A stretch of 63,958 bases of DNA, counting the filler, from Salisapilia sapeloensis CBS 127946 (Eukaryota; Protista; Oomycota), in assembly GCA_023334545.1 (NCBI GenBank). It is 12 parts of 12 records of this genome, joined end to end, with 100 filler letters (N's around TTAATTAATTAA, not from the genome) between each part and the next. Parts side by side here need not be neighbours in the genome. Positions count along the whole stretch, not along the records: positions 22,352 to 35,154 come from JAADVB010000406.1; 11 more parts are not named here. The stretch is one strand, 5' to 3'. Shown piece after piece: positions 23,193 to 35,254 of this stretch (positions are counted from its first letter, which is position 1; each line of letters starts with the position of its first letter). The notes under the pieces are model-generated. The model had not been told where the DNA came from, ran no database searches, and was given only the letters and a program-made list of their open reading frames with translations. The translations under genes were made by a program, and so were the position numbers.

Positions 23193-25730
23193 ATGGTCCG
23201 GAAGAGGTCGGATGCGAAGGCTCCGAAGAAGAAGCCTGCTGACTTCAAGCGTCCTAAGCGCAAAGTCGGCAAGCGAGCAGCAGCACCTGCCAATGTCACG
23301 TCCGTCGGCATTACATCGCGTCGCATTCAGATGCTAGACCAGCGAGCGATGCAGGATAAGCGTGATGACGCAGCGCTGACGCATACGAAGCTCGCACTTT
23401 CGGACATTTTGCCACAAATTGGTCACTACAATGCTCACGTACGTCAGCGAGGATTGCAAGGTCTTCGGGAATTGGCACAGGACCATCCCAGCCACGTATC
23501 TGCGAACGTCGCCATCACGTTAGAACGGTTCCTATCGTCTTTATTGGACACCGAGGCAGTCGTTCGAGAAGATGCACTTGCTACATGGAGATCGCTGCTC
23601 CCAGCAATGCAAAAAGATGGGAAGAATAAGCACGTCTTGCGTCCATTTGCCACGTTAATCGCCGTCTACTTGTCCAGTGGCGTCACCCATCTCCAAGTCG
23701 GCATTCGTCAGGACATGCTTAAAGCCATTGGCATTTTGCTAGACCACTCTCCATCGACCTTACTACAGGACGCAAGTAAAGAGAGCGTCGGGAAGTTGAT
23801 TGAAAACTTCCGGGAGCTCATGATGGCGACACAGACTCAGGGTATTCGGATCACGAATACGTACGACTTGCTTACGACGAAGAAATCGTTTTCGATGAAA
23901 GATAATTCAAGTGAAAAGGTAAAAGGGAAGAAGAAGGGGAGTAAGGACGCTTTAGCGTTCCGATTAGAAGCTCTGGATGTGCTCCATCGACTGCTTACAA
24001 GCATCTCGAGTGAGGGTAGAATCTCACATGTAGATCAAGTCACGACAACGTACTCGATACAGACTACACCTGCGTTACTCTTCTTCCCGGGAAGCCAGAC
24101 AGATACTCGTCGCACTGCGTTGGACTTGACAAGTGGCTTTAGCAGTCGTTTAGAACAACTCTTGGAGCCATTGTTAGATCTATGGCTTGAGACTTTGGAC
24201 GACGATTGGTCTCAACTATCCGAAACGACGCTAACGCACTTGACTAAAGTCGTGGAAACGTGTACTGCCATCGTCTCGCTGCATGGCTCGACGTTTTCAT
24301 CTAACGCCGTGCGGACTGTACGAAAGATTTATGACCAGTGGATACCAAGCTTTCCACTCTATCCGACGTCACTCGTGCAGACGAATGAAGACGTTCGGAT
24401 GTCCCAATGGTACAATCTGAACGCTGCCATCGCACACTTTGCCTGCAACTGTCGTGAATTGAATCAAGACGATCTTCAGGAACGTATGACGACGTTTGTC
24501 TCGACTGTGCTAGGAACATACCAAGCGTCCGAGTCGTTAAAGACACTTCAGATGACACCGACAGTCCTCCGGTCTGTGTTGTCGGTACTGGAAGTCATGG
24601 CGACGTCGTCCAGCGCTTCAGAAGAGCAGATGAAGGCGATGATGACAGCTTTTACTCGTTTCTACGACTCTCTCTCTCCTCGTTCCTCTTTGTTTCGACT
24701 TTGTACAGGCTACGTCGTCCAGTGGCTCGAGTCATGGAAGCGATGGGCAGCGTGGGATTGCGTCATGCAGTGGACAGTGTGTCTCAGTCGTTTCCTCGGT
24801 CGTATAATTGGCCACAGTGTTCTTGCTCGTCGTACGCTGATGAGTATGATCTCTGTACTGAAGCAAGTGCCATCCGAATGGCAAGATAGCAAGGCGATGG
24901 AGGAAATGCTGGAACACATTACTGCCTTCTTTACACTCGATGACAGTACGGCGACGACGTTCGCTGCTCTTGAGCGTCAGGATCAACGTGTGTTTGTGGC
25001 GTTGGTATACCACTTGCCCACGTACCCCGTGAACCTCCTTCGTGCCTTGGCAGGATGTTGTAAGACGTCTAGTGTAGATGTCCAAGTGAAGACGTTTATG
25101 ATGGACATTCTGATGCAACGAAAGGATGCGTTGGATCTCGCTCATTTCGTCAGTTTTCTCATGAGTGCGGTGTTCAATGGCGAGTATGAAGACACAGAGC
25201 AGCAACTAGCGCTCGTACAACACGTGAGTCGGATCTTGTTGTCGCTGCGACTGGGTAATTCGCTCTATTCGATCATCGGACCAGCGTTAGGCAAGCAGTT
25301 GGCAAGTGACAAAACGTCTGTGCTAGATCTGCATACGCTTACAATCTTGTACTCGACGTGTCTCGCATCTTCATTGAGTATCCCAGAGGCGTTGGAGAAG
25401 GATGTATTAGCATTGAGCGTGCAGGTCTTGACGCAAGTCGATCAGATCGAGGCAGAAGCACTCCTAAACGATACGCTCGTGATGATTGCCAAGTCTCAGA
25501 CGGTCTTCAAGGCCACGCTGAATGCTCTTTTGGAAAAACAAGAAGATCAGGAAAAGGAATGGCGGCGTCTTACGCGTGTGGAACGATTGCTTCGAGCGAC
25601 ATGCATGAAGGAACTGGTTCGAAAGGATAAAGCGTCTATTGCTGAGAAACTGGAACTTGGAGCCAGTACTGGCTCGGATGAAGCGAAACAGAAGATGACG
25701 CGGTTAGCTCGAGAACTGGCGTTGGTATAG
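23193..25730 (+). CDS. TEX10: Pre-rRNA processing protein IPI1/TEX10 (Rix1 complex)
   Basis: KKKPADFKRPKRKVGKR..NVT..LSDILPQIGHYNAHVRQRGLQGLREL, followed by HEAT-like helices. Confidence 0.88.
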   Translation: MVRKRSDAKAPKKKPADFKRPKRKVGKRAAAPANVTSVGITSRRIQMLDQRAMQDKRDDAALTHTKLALSDILPQIGHYNAHVRQRGLQGLRELAQDHPSHVSANVAITLERFLSSLLDTEAVVREDALATWRSLLPAMQKDGKNKHVLRPFATLIAVYLSSGVTHLQVGIRQDMLKAIGILLDHSPSTLLQDASKESVGKLIENFRELMMATQTQGIRITNTYDLLTTKKSFSMKDNSSEKVKGKKKGSKDALAFRLEALDVLHRLLTSISSEGRISHVDQVTTTYSIQTTPALLFFPGSQTDTRRTALDLTSGFSSRLEQLLEPLLDLWLETLDDDWSQLSETTLTHLTKVVETCTAIVSLHGSTFSSNAVRTVRKIYDQWIPSFPLYPTSLVQTNEDVRMSQWYNLNAAIAHFACNCRELNQDDLQERMTTFVSTVLGTYQASESLKTLQMTPTVLRSVLSVLEVMATSSSASEEQMKAMMTAFTRFYDSLSPRSSLFRLCTGYVVQWLESWKRWAAWDCVMQWTVCLSRFLGRIIGHSVLARRTLMSMISVLKQVPSEWQDSKAMEEMLEHITAFFTLDDSTATTFAALERQDQRVFVALVYHLPTYPVNLLRALAGCCKTSSVDVQVKTFMMDILMQRKDALDLAHFVSFLMSAVFNGEYEDTEQQLALVQHVSRILLSLRLGNSLYSIIGPALGKQLASDKTSVLDLHTLTILYSTCLASSLSIPEALEKDVLALSVQVLTQVDQIEAEALLNDTLVMIAKSQTVFKATLNALLEKQEDQEKEWRRLTRVERLLRATCMKELVRKDKASIAEKLELGASTGSDEAKQKMTRLARELALV

Positions 25731-25789
25731 ATAGACTAGAGATCATGCAAAGTAGCTTTGGAGTGGAATGCTGTACGACTTGATTTGTA

Positions 25790-26158
25790 TTACGGAAGAA
25801 TGTTTTCTAGTCCGAGACCATGTAGTTTACGATGGAGGCCAGAGGTTGTGTTGAGTGTGTGGACGTATACGATGCTGTCGTCCTGCTTTCGTTTGCAGTA
25901 GGAGAGGAGACCACCGAGGTTGTGTGGGAAGAGAACGACTTGGACACTATCTGTGCACTTATCCGAGCTTAGTAATGGATATGACTTGAAATGTTGTGCT
26001 CTCTCTTGACCAAAAGCTGCAAGAATGAGCCCTTGGGCGTCAAGATCAGTAGGAGCGGTGCCATTGATGGTCCACGGTTCATCTCGTCGTGTACGAATAA
26101 CGTATCGACCAGGACAGTTTGGAATCATTTTCCAGTTTGCAAACTCCCTAGTATCCAT
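25790..26158 (-). CDS. Conserved-looking hypothetical protein
   Basis: WKMIPNCPGRYV..GGLLSYCK..YVHTLNTTSGLHRKL. Start set at MDTREF because an INR-like CTCATTTGCAACT lies in the upstream in-frame extension. Confidence 0.55.
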   Translation of the reverse strand: MDTREFANWKMIPNCPGRYVIRTRRDEPWTINGTAPTDLDAQGLILAAFGQERAQHFKSYPLLSSDKCTDSVQVVLFPHNLGGLLSYCKRKQDDSIVYVHTLNTTSGLHRKLHGLGLENILP

Positions 26159-26386
26159 CCAAGTCAATATATCGAGTTGCAAATGAGAGCAGAGAGCGAG
26201 AAAGATACCACAAATGCTGCAAATCAGCTCCACCATCACCAGGAAAGCTACCATCGCCTACAAATGCTCCGTCATGCATTATTTGCTCATCCACTTTTTA
26301 GGACCGATCGATACCAGTATGTACCGTATTTACAACTTCAAGTAGTTACACTTCAGTGAGACAGAGCCATTGTAGCCACTTGCGAT

Positions 26387-27158
26387 ATGTCGGCCGAGAG
26401 ATCCCCGGACGGGAGGATCGGACGTAAATTGGCACCGTACACACCTAGTGCAGTCGATGTATTAACACACGCATGTGAGTTACTCCGACTGACCGAGCAA
26501 GATACGCTCTTTGATCTTGGATGTGGAGATGCTCGACTGCTCACTTGTGCTGCCAAGCTCTATCGACTACGGTATCACCACGATATGAGCTTTTGGTGAT
26601 CAAATAGAGCTAATACAAAGTTAACACAGCTGCGTTGGCGTGGAATACGATGCTGAACTGGTTTCTAAAGCTCAGACTCGAGTCCAGGTATAACCATTTC
26701 TTTCTAGTCATTTTGCACTGGTCATGGACCTGATTCGTGTATACAAGGAAGAGCAAGTAGGAGATTTGGTACAGATAATCCATGGTGATGCTTCTACAAT
26801 CGACTTGACGGAAGCGACTACCATATTCATGTATCTCGTACCAGAGGTACCATCTCCGTTCCTACAGCTTTCAATAGAACTTCTTTAATTCAGTACTTGG
26901 ACGATAGGGATTAAAAGCACTATTGCCGAAGTAGGAACACTACAAACTATTTAAAATGCACCCACTAGATCTTGTTTAATTTTATAGATTGGAAAAAGCT
27001 CGATTACAGCAGATACGAATCGTCACGTACGTATTCTCGATCCCCGGGTGGGAACCGTCAGATATACGAGACTACAAGGGCACAAAGGTATCTCATTCTC
27101 TGTTTCGCCAAGCTACGAAGCATAACACATTTGCTAGATCTACCTGTACACTCCATAA
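26387..27158 (+). CDS. Class I SAM-dependent methyltransferase (FAM173/DOT1-like fold), multi-exon
   Basis: LAPYTPS, LFDLGCGDARLL, CVGVEYD, IIHGDA, IFMYLVPE, IVTYVFSIPGWEP across short GT-AG introns. Confidence 0.8.
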
Positions 27159-27280
27159 TTGCATGAATTGTTTCCAATCTATCCTTTCATTCAAACTCGA
27201 TCATTGCAAAGCAAACGTCCTTCGTATTGTGTTTATCCAGTCTTGAGGCTCGTTTTCAATACGTCGTGGCAGCAATAGAT

Positions 27281-27652
27281 TTAGAAGCCACGACGCTTGA
27301 TAAGCTCTTGCACGGCAATCGCAGACGAGTACGAGTTGCCAGCGTTCAGTGCCAAGTCCCGTTCCGATCCGTGTGTAGACACGTTGTACTGACGAGGCAC
27401 TTCCGGAGTGCCACGAGCATGCACGTGCTGCTTGTGGAATCCCTTTCGGCGCATCGCCGTCGAGTCGTCATCCAATCGCCAGGCAGCCCCGTCAGCAGCA
27501 TGCGTTAGGTGCTCCTACAGTCCATACAGACACCCAAATGATCAGATTTTTTCCTCACATACAAGCGTAGGCAGGAGAAGTACCTTGGTTGTGTTTTCAC
27601 CGTCGTCTTCGGCCATAAAGGACCCAATCATGTTAGAAAAGAAGCCTGGCAT
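27281..27652 (-). CDS. Small two-exon hypothetical protein (~100 aa)
   Basis: MPGFFSNMIGSFMAEDDGENTTK / GT..AG intron / EHLTHAADG..ELIKRRGF*; the splice restores the frame. Confidence 0.45.
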
Positions 27653-27753
27653 GATGCAATTCCGCTGATCTCGGTTTTTGTGGTGGCAAGTAGCTTTTGT
27701 AACGAATTGAAACTAACAGCTAGGTTTGTAACTAGTATCGATTTCGTCAGGGT

Positions 27754-29446
27754 TTAATCCCAAGCAGAGTCACCACCACCTCCGACGGACGGAGTGAAGT
27801 GGTGGAGCTGGTCTAGATCCAACGGAGCTTTTTCCTTTGTCTCCTGCTTTCGCTTCTTCGTCTCCTTCACGGCGATGACACCACTTGCGGCCTCCTAATA
27901 TAAAGTTTAGCAGATCGGAGTGGATGAGTATTAGAGTGGGGAGGTACCTTGGCAGGACGCTTCTTGGACTTTGCTTGCTTCTTTTCTTTTGTAGCTTTTG
28001 CTTCAGTCTTTGTCTCTTGCTGCGGGACTAATGTCTCGACAGGTTCCACCTGCGGTTCGACTTTTTCCATCGGCTCATCAGTAGAAACCTCGGCAGTCGG
28101 TTGCTTCTCTTTCTTCTTCTCTTTCTTTTCTTTCTTTTCTTTCTTTTCCTTCTTCTCCTTTTTCTCCTTCTTGTCTTTCTTTCCCTTCTTGTCTTTCATC
28201 TCTTCCTTCTTGTCTTCTTTGGGTGGAGCAATGTATCCGTGTGTCTTCTTATCCATCACACGTTTTCCATCCCGAATGACAAGATTCGGAAACAAACGCT
28301 TCATTTTGAAATTGTACTGCTTGTGTTGACTTTCAAGTTTCTTGGCAGCTTTCAGCTCGTCTCCTGTCAATTCTTCCGATGTGGTCAAAGGGGCACCTGC
28401 AATGGGATTTCCACTCAAGTTCAACTGGCGCAGCTCAGACAGTTTAGACAGCGCTTCAATGCCTTTCCAATCATCAATCTTGTTATGGCCAAGGTCCAGC
28501 ACACGCAATTTCCCTACAAAACGTTTGTCATATATACGAATCCCACTAGAGTACGAGTAAGTACGTACGCAATTTAGCGAGAGAAGGAGGGACGGATTTG
28601 AGCTGGTTGTGCGACAAACGGAGCTCGGTAATATTTTGCAGACTAGCTAAGTCAGGCAGGTCCTATAGACGTAGCGATAAGTGTTACAGAAGGATATGTT
28701 GCAATGGCATTTTTTACTTCAATCAGGTTATGGGAACTGTATGATATGGATGGAAAAAGGTTAGTAACTAGCTGAAATTCGGTATAGAGAAGTCGTACAT
28801 GGAGATTTTCGTGAGACTGGGTAGACGCTCGACGATCGACGGCGGCAATTGTCGAATGCGGTTATGACTAACGATCAAGGAGTTTAGTTCCTACAAATCC
28901 GGTCAGCAACAATGTATCTAGATACGAGCGAGGTAAAGTACCTGCAGCTTTGGTAGCCATTCAACGGATGTGATCTCGTTATTGTTCAACACGAGTGCTT
29001 TTAACGACTTTAGAGGACGTAAGGCGTCTGGCGGGATCCGAGATATGTGGTTGCTTGCAGCATTGAGAATCGATAGCTTCTTGAGTAGACTCACGTCTCC
29101 AAGTCCCTACAGGACATGTCAATGATTTCCATCAAAACATTTTCAAATAAAATAAAAGTCTTACTTCTCCACGCAAGTTGTTTTCCGTCAATTTGAGCAT
29201 GGTGAGCTGTACGACCTTTTGCAAATCCACCAATTTGGTCAATTTGTTCTTGCTCAAGTCGAGCTTCGTCACGTCCTCCAGTCCATCAAAGCTGACGATG
29301 GCTTCCATGCCTCGATCCGTAAGGTCTGCACTGCCATTTTTCTTCACAATGTCCTGATAGTACGTCTTAATCTTCTCGCTTGTCAGTTTCTTGATCCGAG
29401 GTTTCTGCGCCTTGGTACTCGCATCGTACTCGTCTGTCTTGGTCAT
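27754..29446 (-). CDS. SDS22-like leucine-rich-repeat protein with Lys/Glu-rich C-terminus (possibly nucleolar), multi-exon
   Basis: LDLSKNKLT, LKLTENNL, LVLNNNEI, LRVLDLGHNKI, LNLSGNPI repeats. KKEKKE tract at ~28.1-28.2 kb. Terminal exon ends VGGGGDSAWD*. Confidence 0.8.
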
Positions 29447-29716
29447 TGCGACTTTATTGGTCTCGTGTTGTGCTTTAGGAACACTTTTCAGTGCTTTGAA
29501 GTGGCTGTAACATACATCTGGTCAGATTTGTTACGTCACTATACCGATCGTCGCATTGTAGCGCACGGTGATACTGCCCCCGGGCGTTCCCTCATTGACA
29601 CGCCTATCAGTGATTGCCTATCCCCTATCGTATAGCACCGTCATCCATCCGACGTGATTGCCACTTCACGTCTGACTGTCTACCCCCTACAGTATCACCT
29701 CCAAGACATTTCGTCC

Positions 29717-30475
29717 ATGACCTCGATTAGCTCCCAGCGACGTGCGAATCGCCGCTCGCATCACGCGATGCGGTCTCCTCCGTCCCCGGCCTTCCAAGCA
29801 GAGCCGATTTCGGCTCTGTCCTCATCGTTTGGCAATTTTAAGGAGAAGAAGACGAGCTCAGGACATACCAAAGTCCGGCCGTCTTCGCGGCCGAACAAGC
29901 TGACCTCTTCCTTTTCGCCCAATTCATCCGCGACGTCCGTGTCCGATTTGGACCCAGTTTATGCCCCATCTTTCCCATTTGACATTCGCAACGTTATTGA
30001 GCAATTGAGCGAAAGCCCGGACGTACTCCTCTCGGCAAAGTCCTCTTCGGCATCTCAAGCTCCTTCGGTCATCCCATCTGAACCACGTGCTGATCCGATA
30101 GAGAAACGACAGGCTCCAAAAGAGCACCATGCCATGCCTCCGCCACCCCCAGTTTTTGTCAGGCACACTTCGGAAGAACCAGCTCCCCAAGCGCCTAGTC
30201 GAACTGGAGTACCTCCTCCAGCACCAAATACAGACCCGGGCACTGGTGGTCGACGTGGTCGACGGAATGTCCTGGCGAGTAGCGGTGTCAATCTACCCAA
30301 TAGCCTCATGAACTACGACCAGACAAAACGACGGCGACCAAAGATTACGAAAATCGAGTACGCTGAGGACCGTATGAAGCAGGAACAAGAGAAAGCACAG
30401 CGGAAGGTGAAACGAAACTACGGCCGTCACGATCAATTGTATCCTCAGTCCTATGAAGGTGGAATTTCGCTGTAG
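29717..30475 (+). CDS. Hypothetical Ser/Pro-rich protein
   Basis: ~250-aa single ORF with disordered N-half and basic helical C-terminus; no family recognised. Confidence 0.6.
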   Translation: MTSISSQRRANRRSHHAMRSPPSPAFQAEPISALSSSFGNFKEKKTSSGHTKVRPSSRPNKLTSSFSPNSSATSVSDLDPVYAPSFPFDIRNVIEQLSESPDVLLSAKSSSASQAPSVIPSEPRADPIEKRQAPKEHHAMPPPPPVFVRHTSEEPAPQAPSRTGVPPPAPNTDPGTGGRRGRRNVLASSGVNLPNSLMNYDQTKRRRPKITKIEYAEDRMKQEQEKAQRKVKRNYGRHDQLYPQSYEGGISL

Positions 30476-31310
30476 ACGATTTTGCTATGATGCTTCCAAC
30501 GACTGCCGTTGGGACGTGTGCCGTGTAGAGGACCTGGCTATCATTTGGGGCATGTATGAAAACGATACGAAATCAGAGTCCGTCTTCTATCTGTCTATTG
30601 ATTCAGTTTTCGTTTGCATCAGCTACCTAGACAGCTCTTCCACATCACTCGAGCACACATACTTTGTATATTTTTGATAAAATTAAATGTGTTCAACTGT
30701 ATTCCTTTGTCGTGCTTTTATTCTCTTCTAGATACCTCGTTTGTGTGTTTATCACTTGTTTGGAGACTTTTTGACGCTCCTTTAAGGAGTTCATTAAGGT
30801 GGAAATGAAATGAGTTTTTGTCTCCTAGTTTTTCTTATTAGACCCAGATATCATCCTCTACCTTTACAGTCGTACGGATCAAGGAGATTCGACTAAGAAG
30901 CTAGGTCGAATGATCAGTCTCTGCTTGGGCTTTTACATCCCCTTCTATTGATGATACGACTCGTAGCCAGCACACCAGCTTGGAAACGAAAGAGAGAGCA
31001 CTAGATGAAACGGAGATAATCTCCGCTGCCCATGGCCTATTTGAAGCAGCTAGCCTACAGCATGAGCTTTGCATCGCTCAAGCGTGTCTAGGCCTCGATC
31101 CATTTAGATGGTATACATCAATTGCTTGCATAGGCTAATGAACATAAACGTACTTTTCAAGGCAATCTCTTGCAAGCAATAGACATAAGCAATCTCTCAA
31201 ACAGATCTACGTAGTGCAATGTAAAAACTCGATGAACATGTCCGTGTAGAAGAGCTCGTCGCTCTTGTAATGATTTGAAGTTACATTTTGAAACGAACAC
31301 GTAATCACAT

Positions 31311-32691
31311 ATGGGGCAAGGGCAGAGCTCCCTCCCGAAGACAGAGGTCGCGGCCCTCGTGGACCTCTTCGAGGCACTTGGAGGTACGAGATGGCGTCGG
31401 AGAGAAGGCTGGGTGATGACGACGATGGACGCAGAAAGTTGGTTCGGTGTGCATGTGCTTGGGGGACACGTCGTCGCACTGGAATTGCCTGCGAATGGTC
31501 TATCAGGTCGGTATGAAACCAAGGGTCGTCACGGATAGAGCTGATATATCTGCATGACAGGTGTGATTCCATCGTCGGTTGGCCAGCTAGACCACTTGAG
31601 GTCGTTCGATCTCTCCAAGAATAGCATCCATGGTCCTACTCGCTTGAACCCATTGCAAGTCAGAAGCTAATGGTTCGATGTAGGTAGCATCCCAAAGAGC
31701 CTCGGATCTATCCAGACGTTGCGAAAGCTCGATTTGAGCTGCAATGACCTATCAGGTAATTCAATCGCATACTTCGCTCCGTTCAACTAGTTAGAATGCA
31801 CGATAGGGGACATACCTGTCTCTTTGATACAATGCACACAGCTACAGGAGCTACATCTCTTTCAAAACACATTGTCTGGTATACTAAGCTTTCCAATTGC
31901 CTGAATCTTTCATAATTGTATTGAACGTAGGCACGCTTCCGCATCAGCTCGGACAGCTTCAAGAGCTACGGACGTTGCAGCTACAGCACAACAATCTAGT
32001 CGGTCCACTGCCGCCCTCGATCGGTCATTTATACCATCTAGTCAAGCTTAGCGTTCGAGGAAACTGCATGTCAGGGTCGATCCCAGACTCGATTGGAGAC
32101 CTATCAAACCTTGTCTTTCTATCTCTTCGCAATAATGAGTTTGAAGGAAAAATCCCGTCGTCCATCGGATGTTGTCGTGCGCTTGAGTTTCTCAACTTGT
32201 CTAGCAACAAGTTCTCTGGCACGATTCCAACTGAAATTGGTCATTTGGAAGAGCTTGAGTACTTGTACTTGTTTGATAATGAACTGACAGGGAGCGTACC
32301 TGACAGCATCTCTCGTCTTCGTTTCCTCCAAGAGTCTGACTTTCGTGAAAATCGTCTGGAAGGAGATCTACCAAACTTTCTAGATGGTACTTGTAATTTA
32401 TTGGAAGTACTAGAGAAATGGAAACACCGAAAGGCGAGTTACCGGCACTCTGTACTTGGCGACCCGATTCCAGGTGCGATCGACTTAAAGATGCGGGTGA
32501 CGCCAGCGTCTCCACAGAACTTTTTGCATTCGTTGGAGCCGCCAGCATCTTATTCTTCTGGTGTGAAGTTTCATCCGACGCTCGATTTGACTGTCGATGA
32601 AGGTGAAGAAGAGGATGGGAACGAAGTAGTTGGTGAGTTTATGAGGAAGCTGCAAACCGATACGAGCAGCAAGTATGAATCAAGGGAATAA
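31311..32691 (+). CDS. N-myristoylated plant-type LRR protein (5 exons)
   Basis: MGQGQS start (G2, S6). LRRNT-like ALVDLFEALGG..W..EGW..WFGV. LxxLxxLxLxxNxLsGxIP repeats. Introns 31507-31560, 31633-31683, 31756-31806, 31879-31930. Confidence 0.88.
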
Positions 32692-34833
32692 AGCCAACTG
32701 TCTTAAATTTGAAATGACTTTAATAGTTCTCGCGTTGTATGCATAAGTCGTGTACGACTGTGTTTTCTTTCGATCGGCTATGTCTTCCTTAATATATGTG
32801 GAACGAGTGGCGATCACTCTATATCGATGTCTGGGTGTGCAAATGAAAATGATGAACGCAAGAAGTGTGTTGCTCCTAAGGGCATATATGAAGTAAGCTC
32901 CTAATACAAAAAAGATTCCAAACATTTACTACTGTACGCGATAGAGATGAAAAGCTATTTCATCATACTATATTTGGGGAGCACAATTTGTTCTATTTCT
33001 ACGTAAATACATCTTAAAGCAATATGGGAAACATCGCCACCGTAGATGTTCCCATGACAGTGACCCAGCGTATCTACAGCGGAGACTTGAAGTAGATACT
33101 TCTTGACGCTCTATCTCTTCAATGAATCTTCAATATCAAGTGTCTAGAAAACAATGTTGGATCTTTATCTTTTTTCTTCACAACCTACACGTTTTCGTAG
33201 GAGAATAAAGTCAGCAGGACTATGTTTGGATTCCTATATTGGTTGGAGGAAATCTTAATCGCTTTTTGCGATAGCTTTCTCGCGAAACGGAATTAAAGGG
33301 ATGATTGAACTGTCGAGGCTAGTACACAACATCTTTCTGTGATGCTTGTGGAAACTCGCAAGTATAAAAGACCATTGGTGACCTTAAATTGCGCGCTGAT
33401 GCTAAGACACTAAAGTATCCTTTTTTAGGGAGCACTTCATCATGGTGCCAATATGGAAGTTTGACATCTTTAAAACTGCTTCTTCGGCATTATCTTCAGC
33501 CATTTCAATTTGCTGAGTAGACAATAAACTATGTGGCCTTAGGTCAATTGAATTCATAAACGTATGGAGTGAAGTATTTCATTTATCAATAGGCTCGATA
33601 TCTTCTACAGTAGAGTATCTGGGTAGTTATGGAGGATAATGGTTTTGTAAGCGAAAGTGGAAGACTATTAGTTTATTCGCAGCAGTAAAGTGACGGTAAA
33701 AGTGTGGAGTGATCAATGGTCGACCTTTGATATATTCTCCTGTGGACGAGCATGCACAGAGGTACCGTGGAAGAATGTACGATGTAGCAACAAGTACGTT
33801 TAGCACCAAGTTTCGCAAGATGAAGTTGCAGTAAGCCCATGCAGATTTGTTAGTAAGGCTTAGCGCAAGAGGATCAGTTTACATGCTGTGATGACCATCA
33901 TGAGGATATGCGATATATTTAGTGGCGTGAATGCAAGACAAATCGTTTCGTTAGAAAACTCCGCTAGATCTTCACTATTAAAGCAACTACTGGTAGCCTA
34001 CCTAAGTCCATTGGAACAAGTCGAAAGCCAAGCATCGTCACAAAGCTTACACTGGACCAATATACTATATGCTACTTCGTCTTCTTTTGCATGAAGAAGC
34101 TTTATTAAACGATCTTACAATTGCCCCGTCACAACGCACGGATTAGTCGTAGCCAATGCGCGTGCGAGGGAAATCTTACGTGGTAACCTGGCGAAACTTC
34201 TGTATCAATAACTTTTCGTTTAGAAAATGGAATGGAGAGCAAATAACATTAGTAGTCGAGCAGCAGCTCTCATCTCCAGTAACCCGACTATCTCAACGAT
34301 TAGCCTTTTAAATCTATGTAAAAGATGCGGCACACGAGGAACGACTTCTATCTGAGAAGTACGACTAATCTGTCTTGTGTCGCGCGTCGTAGTTTGTAGC
34401 CTTTGATTGCAAGTTATTTGACTTGGTTTGACTATGCAACGTCGATGGTACGTACCCCATGATACCGACTGTGGATTACTCGAATTAATTTTATTCGTAC
34501 ATCTTTTAGTTACCGCTCCACACGCATGGTAGATGGGCTCGATCCCAATGCTTTTAAGAATGCTATCGACATTTTTGGCATGAAAAAATATAAATATGAA
34601 AATGAAATACATCCGACTCACTTGTACTACTTTGTGATCAAGAAAGCACAATCAAAGCTTCACATTCAATAGCTCTAGCGTGCCTGCAGTAATCCATCTA
34701 ATTGATTGGCACGCGCTGGTCGCAGACACCTAGAGCGAAGCGCATTCGAAGGATGTGTGGTCAATTCGAATTTTCCTTTCTACTGCGCACACGGATCGCA
34801 TCTTGTCTTCCAGCGCTGCACTAAAAAGCGATC

Positions 34834-35154
34834 ATGTCCGAATCATCTTCGTCGAAAGATGGAGTTGACAACCCTGCACGGCGACCGATCTCGTACAACT
34901 CTGGTGAGGAGATGATGCACTATGGAACGAAAGCACTGCATCAGGATGTCGCTGAAAAGGTTGAGAGAGCTATGGGCGCTCCGTTTCCACGAATGGAAGT
35001 TCGATTCCAGAACGTGTCCATGAGTGCAAGTGTCAAAATGGCTCACGACCCAGCGAAAGCTACTTCGGGACAGTATGAATTGCCAACGCTATCCAACCAC
35101 GCCGTCAAGATGTTCTCGGGCTTGTTCGGCAGAAAGTATTCTGCAGAGAAGACG
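34834..35154 (+). CDS. PDR-type ABCG transporter, N-terminal fragment (copy B), truncated by contig end
   Basis: Paralogue of 22352-22663; the last 141 nt (47 codons, VSMSASV..AEKT) are identical to copy A. Confidence 0.85.
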
Positions 35155-35254
35155 NNNNNNNNNNNNNNNNNNNNNNNNNNNNNNNNNNNNNNNNNNNNTT
35201 AATTAATTAANNNNNNNNNNNNNNNNNNNNNNNNNNNNNNNNNNNNNNNNNNNN
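35155..35254. other. Artificial contig spacer 2
   Basis: N44-TTAATTAATTAA-N44. Confidence 0.98.

Noticed and set aside
26159-26254. Hydrophobic N-terminal extension of the 25790 ORF
   Set aside because: It contains an INR-like CTCATTTGCAACT, so it is more likely promoter/5' UTR.
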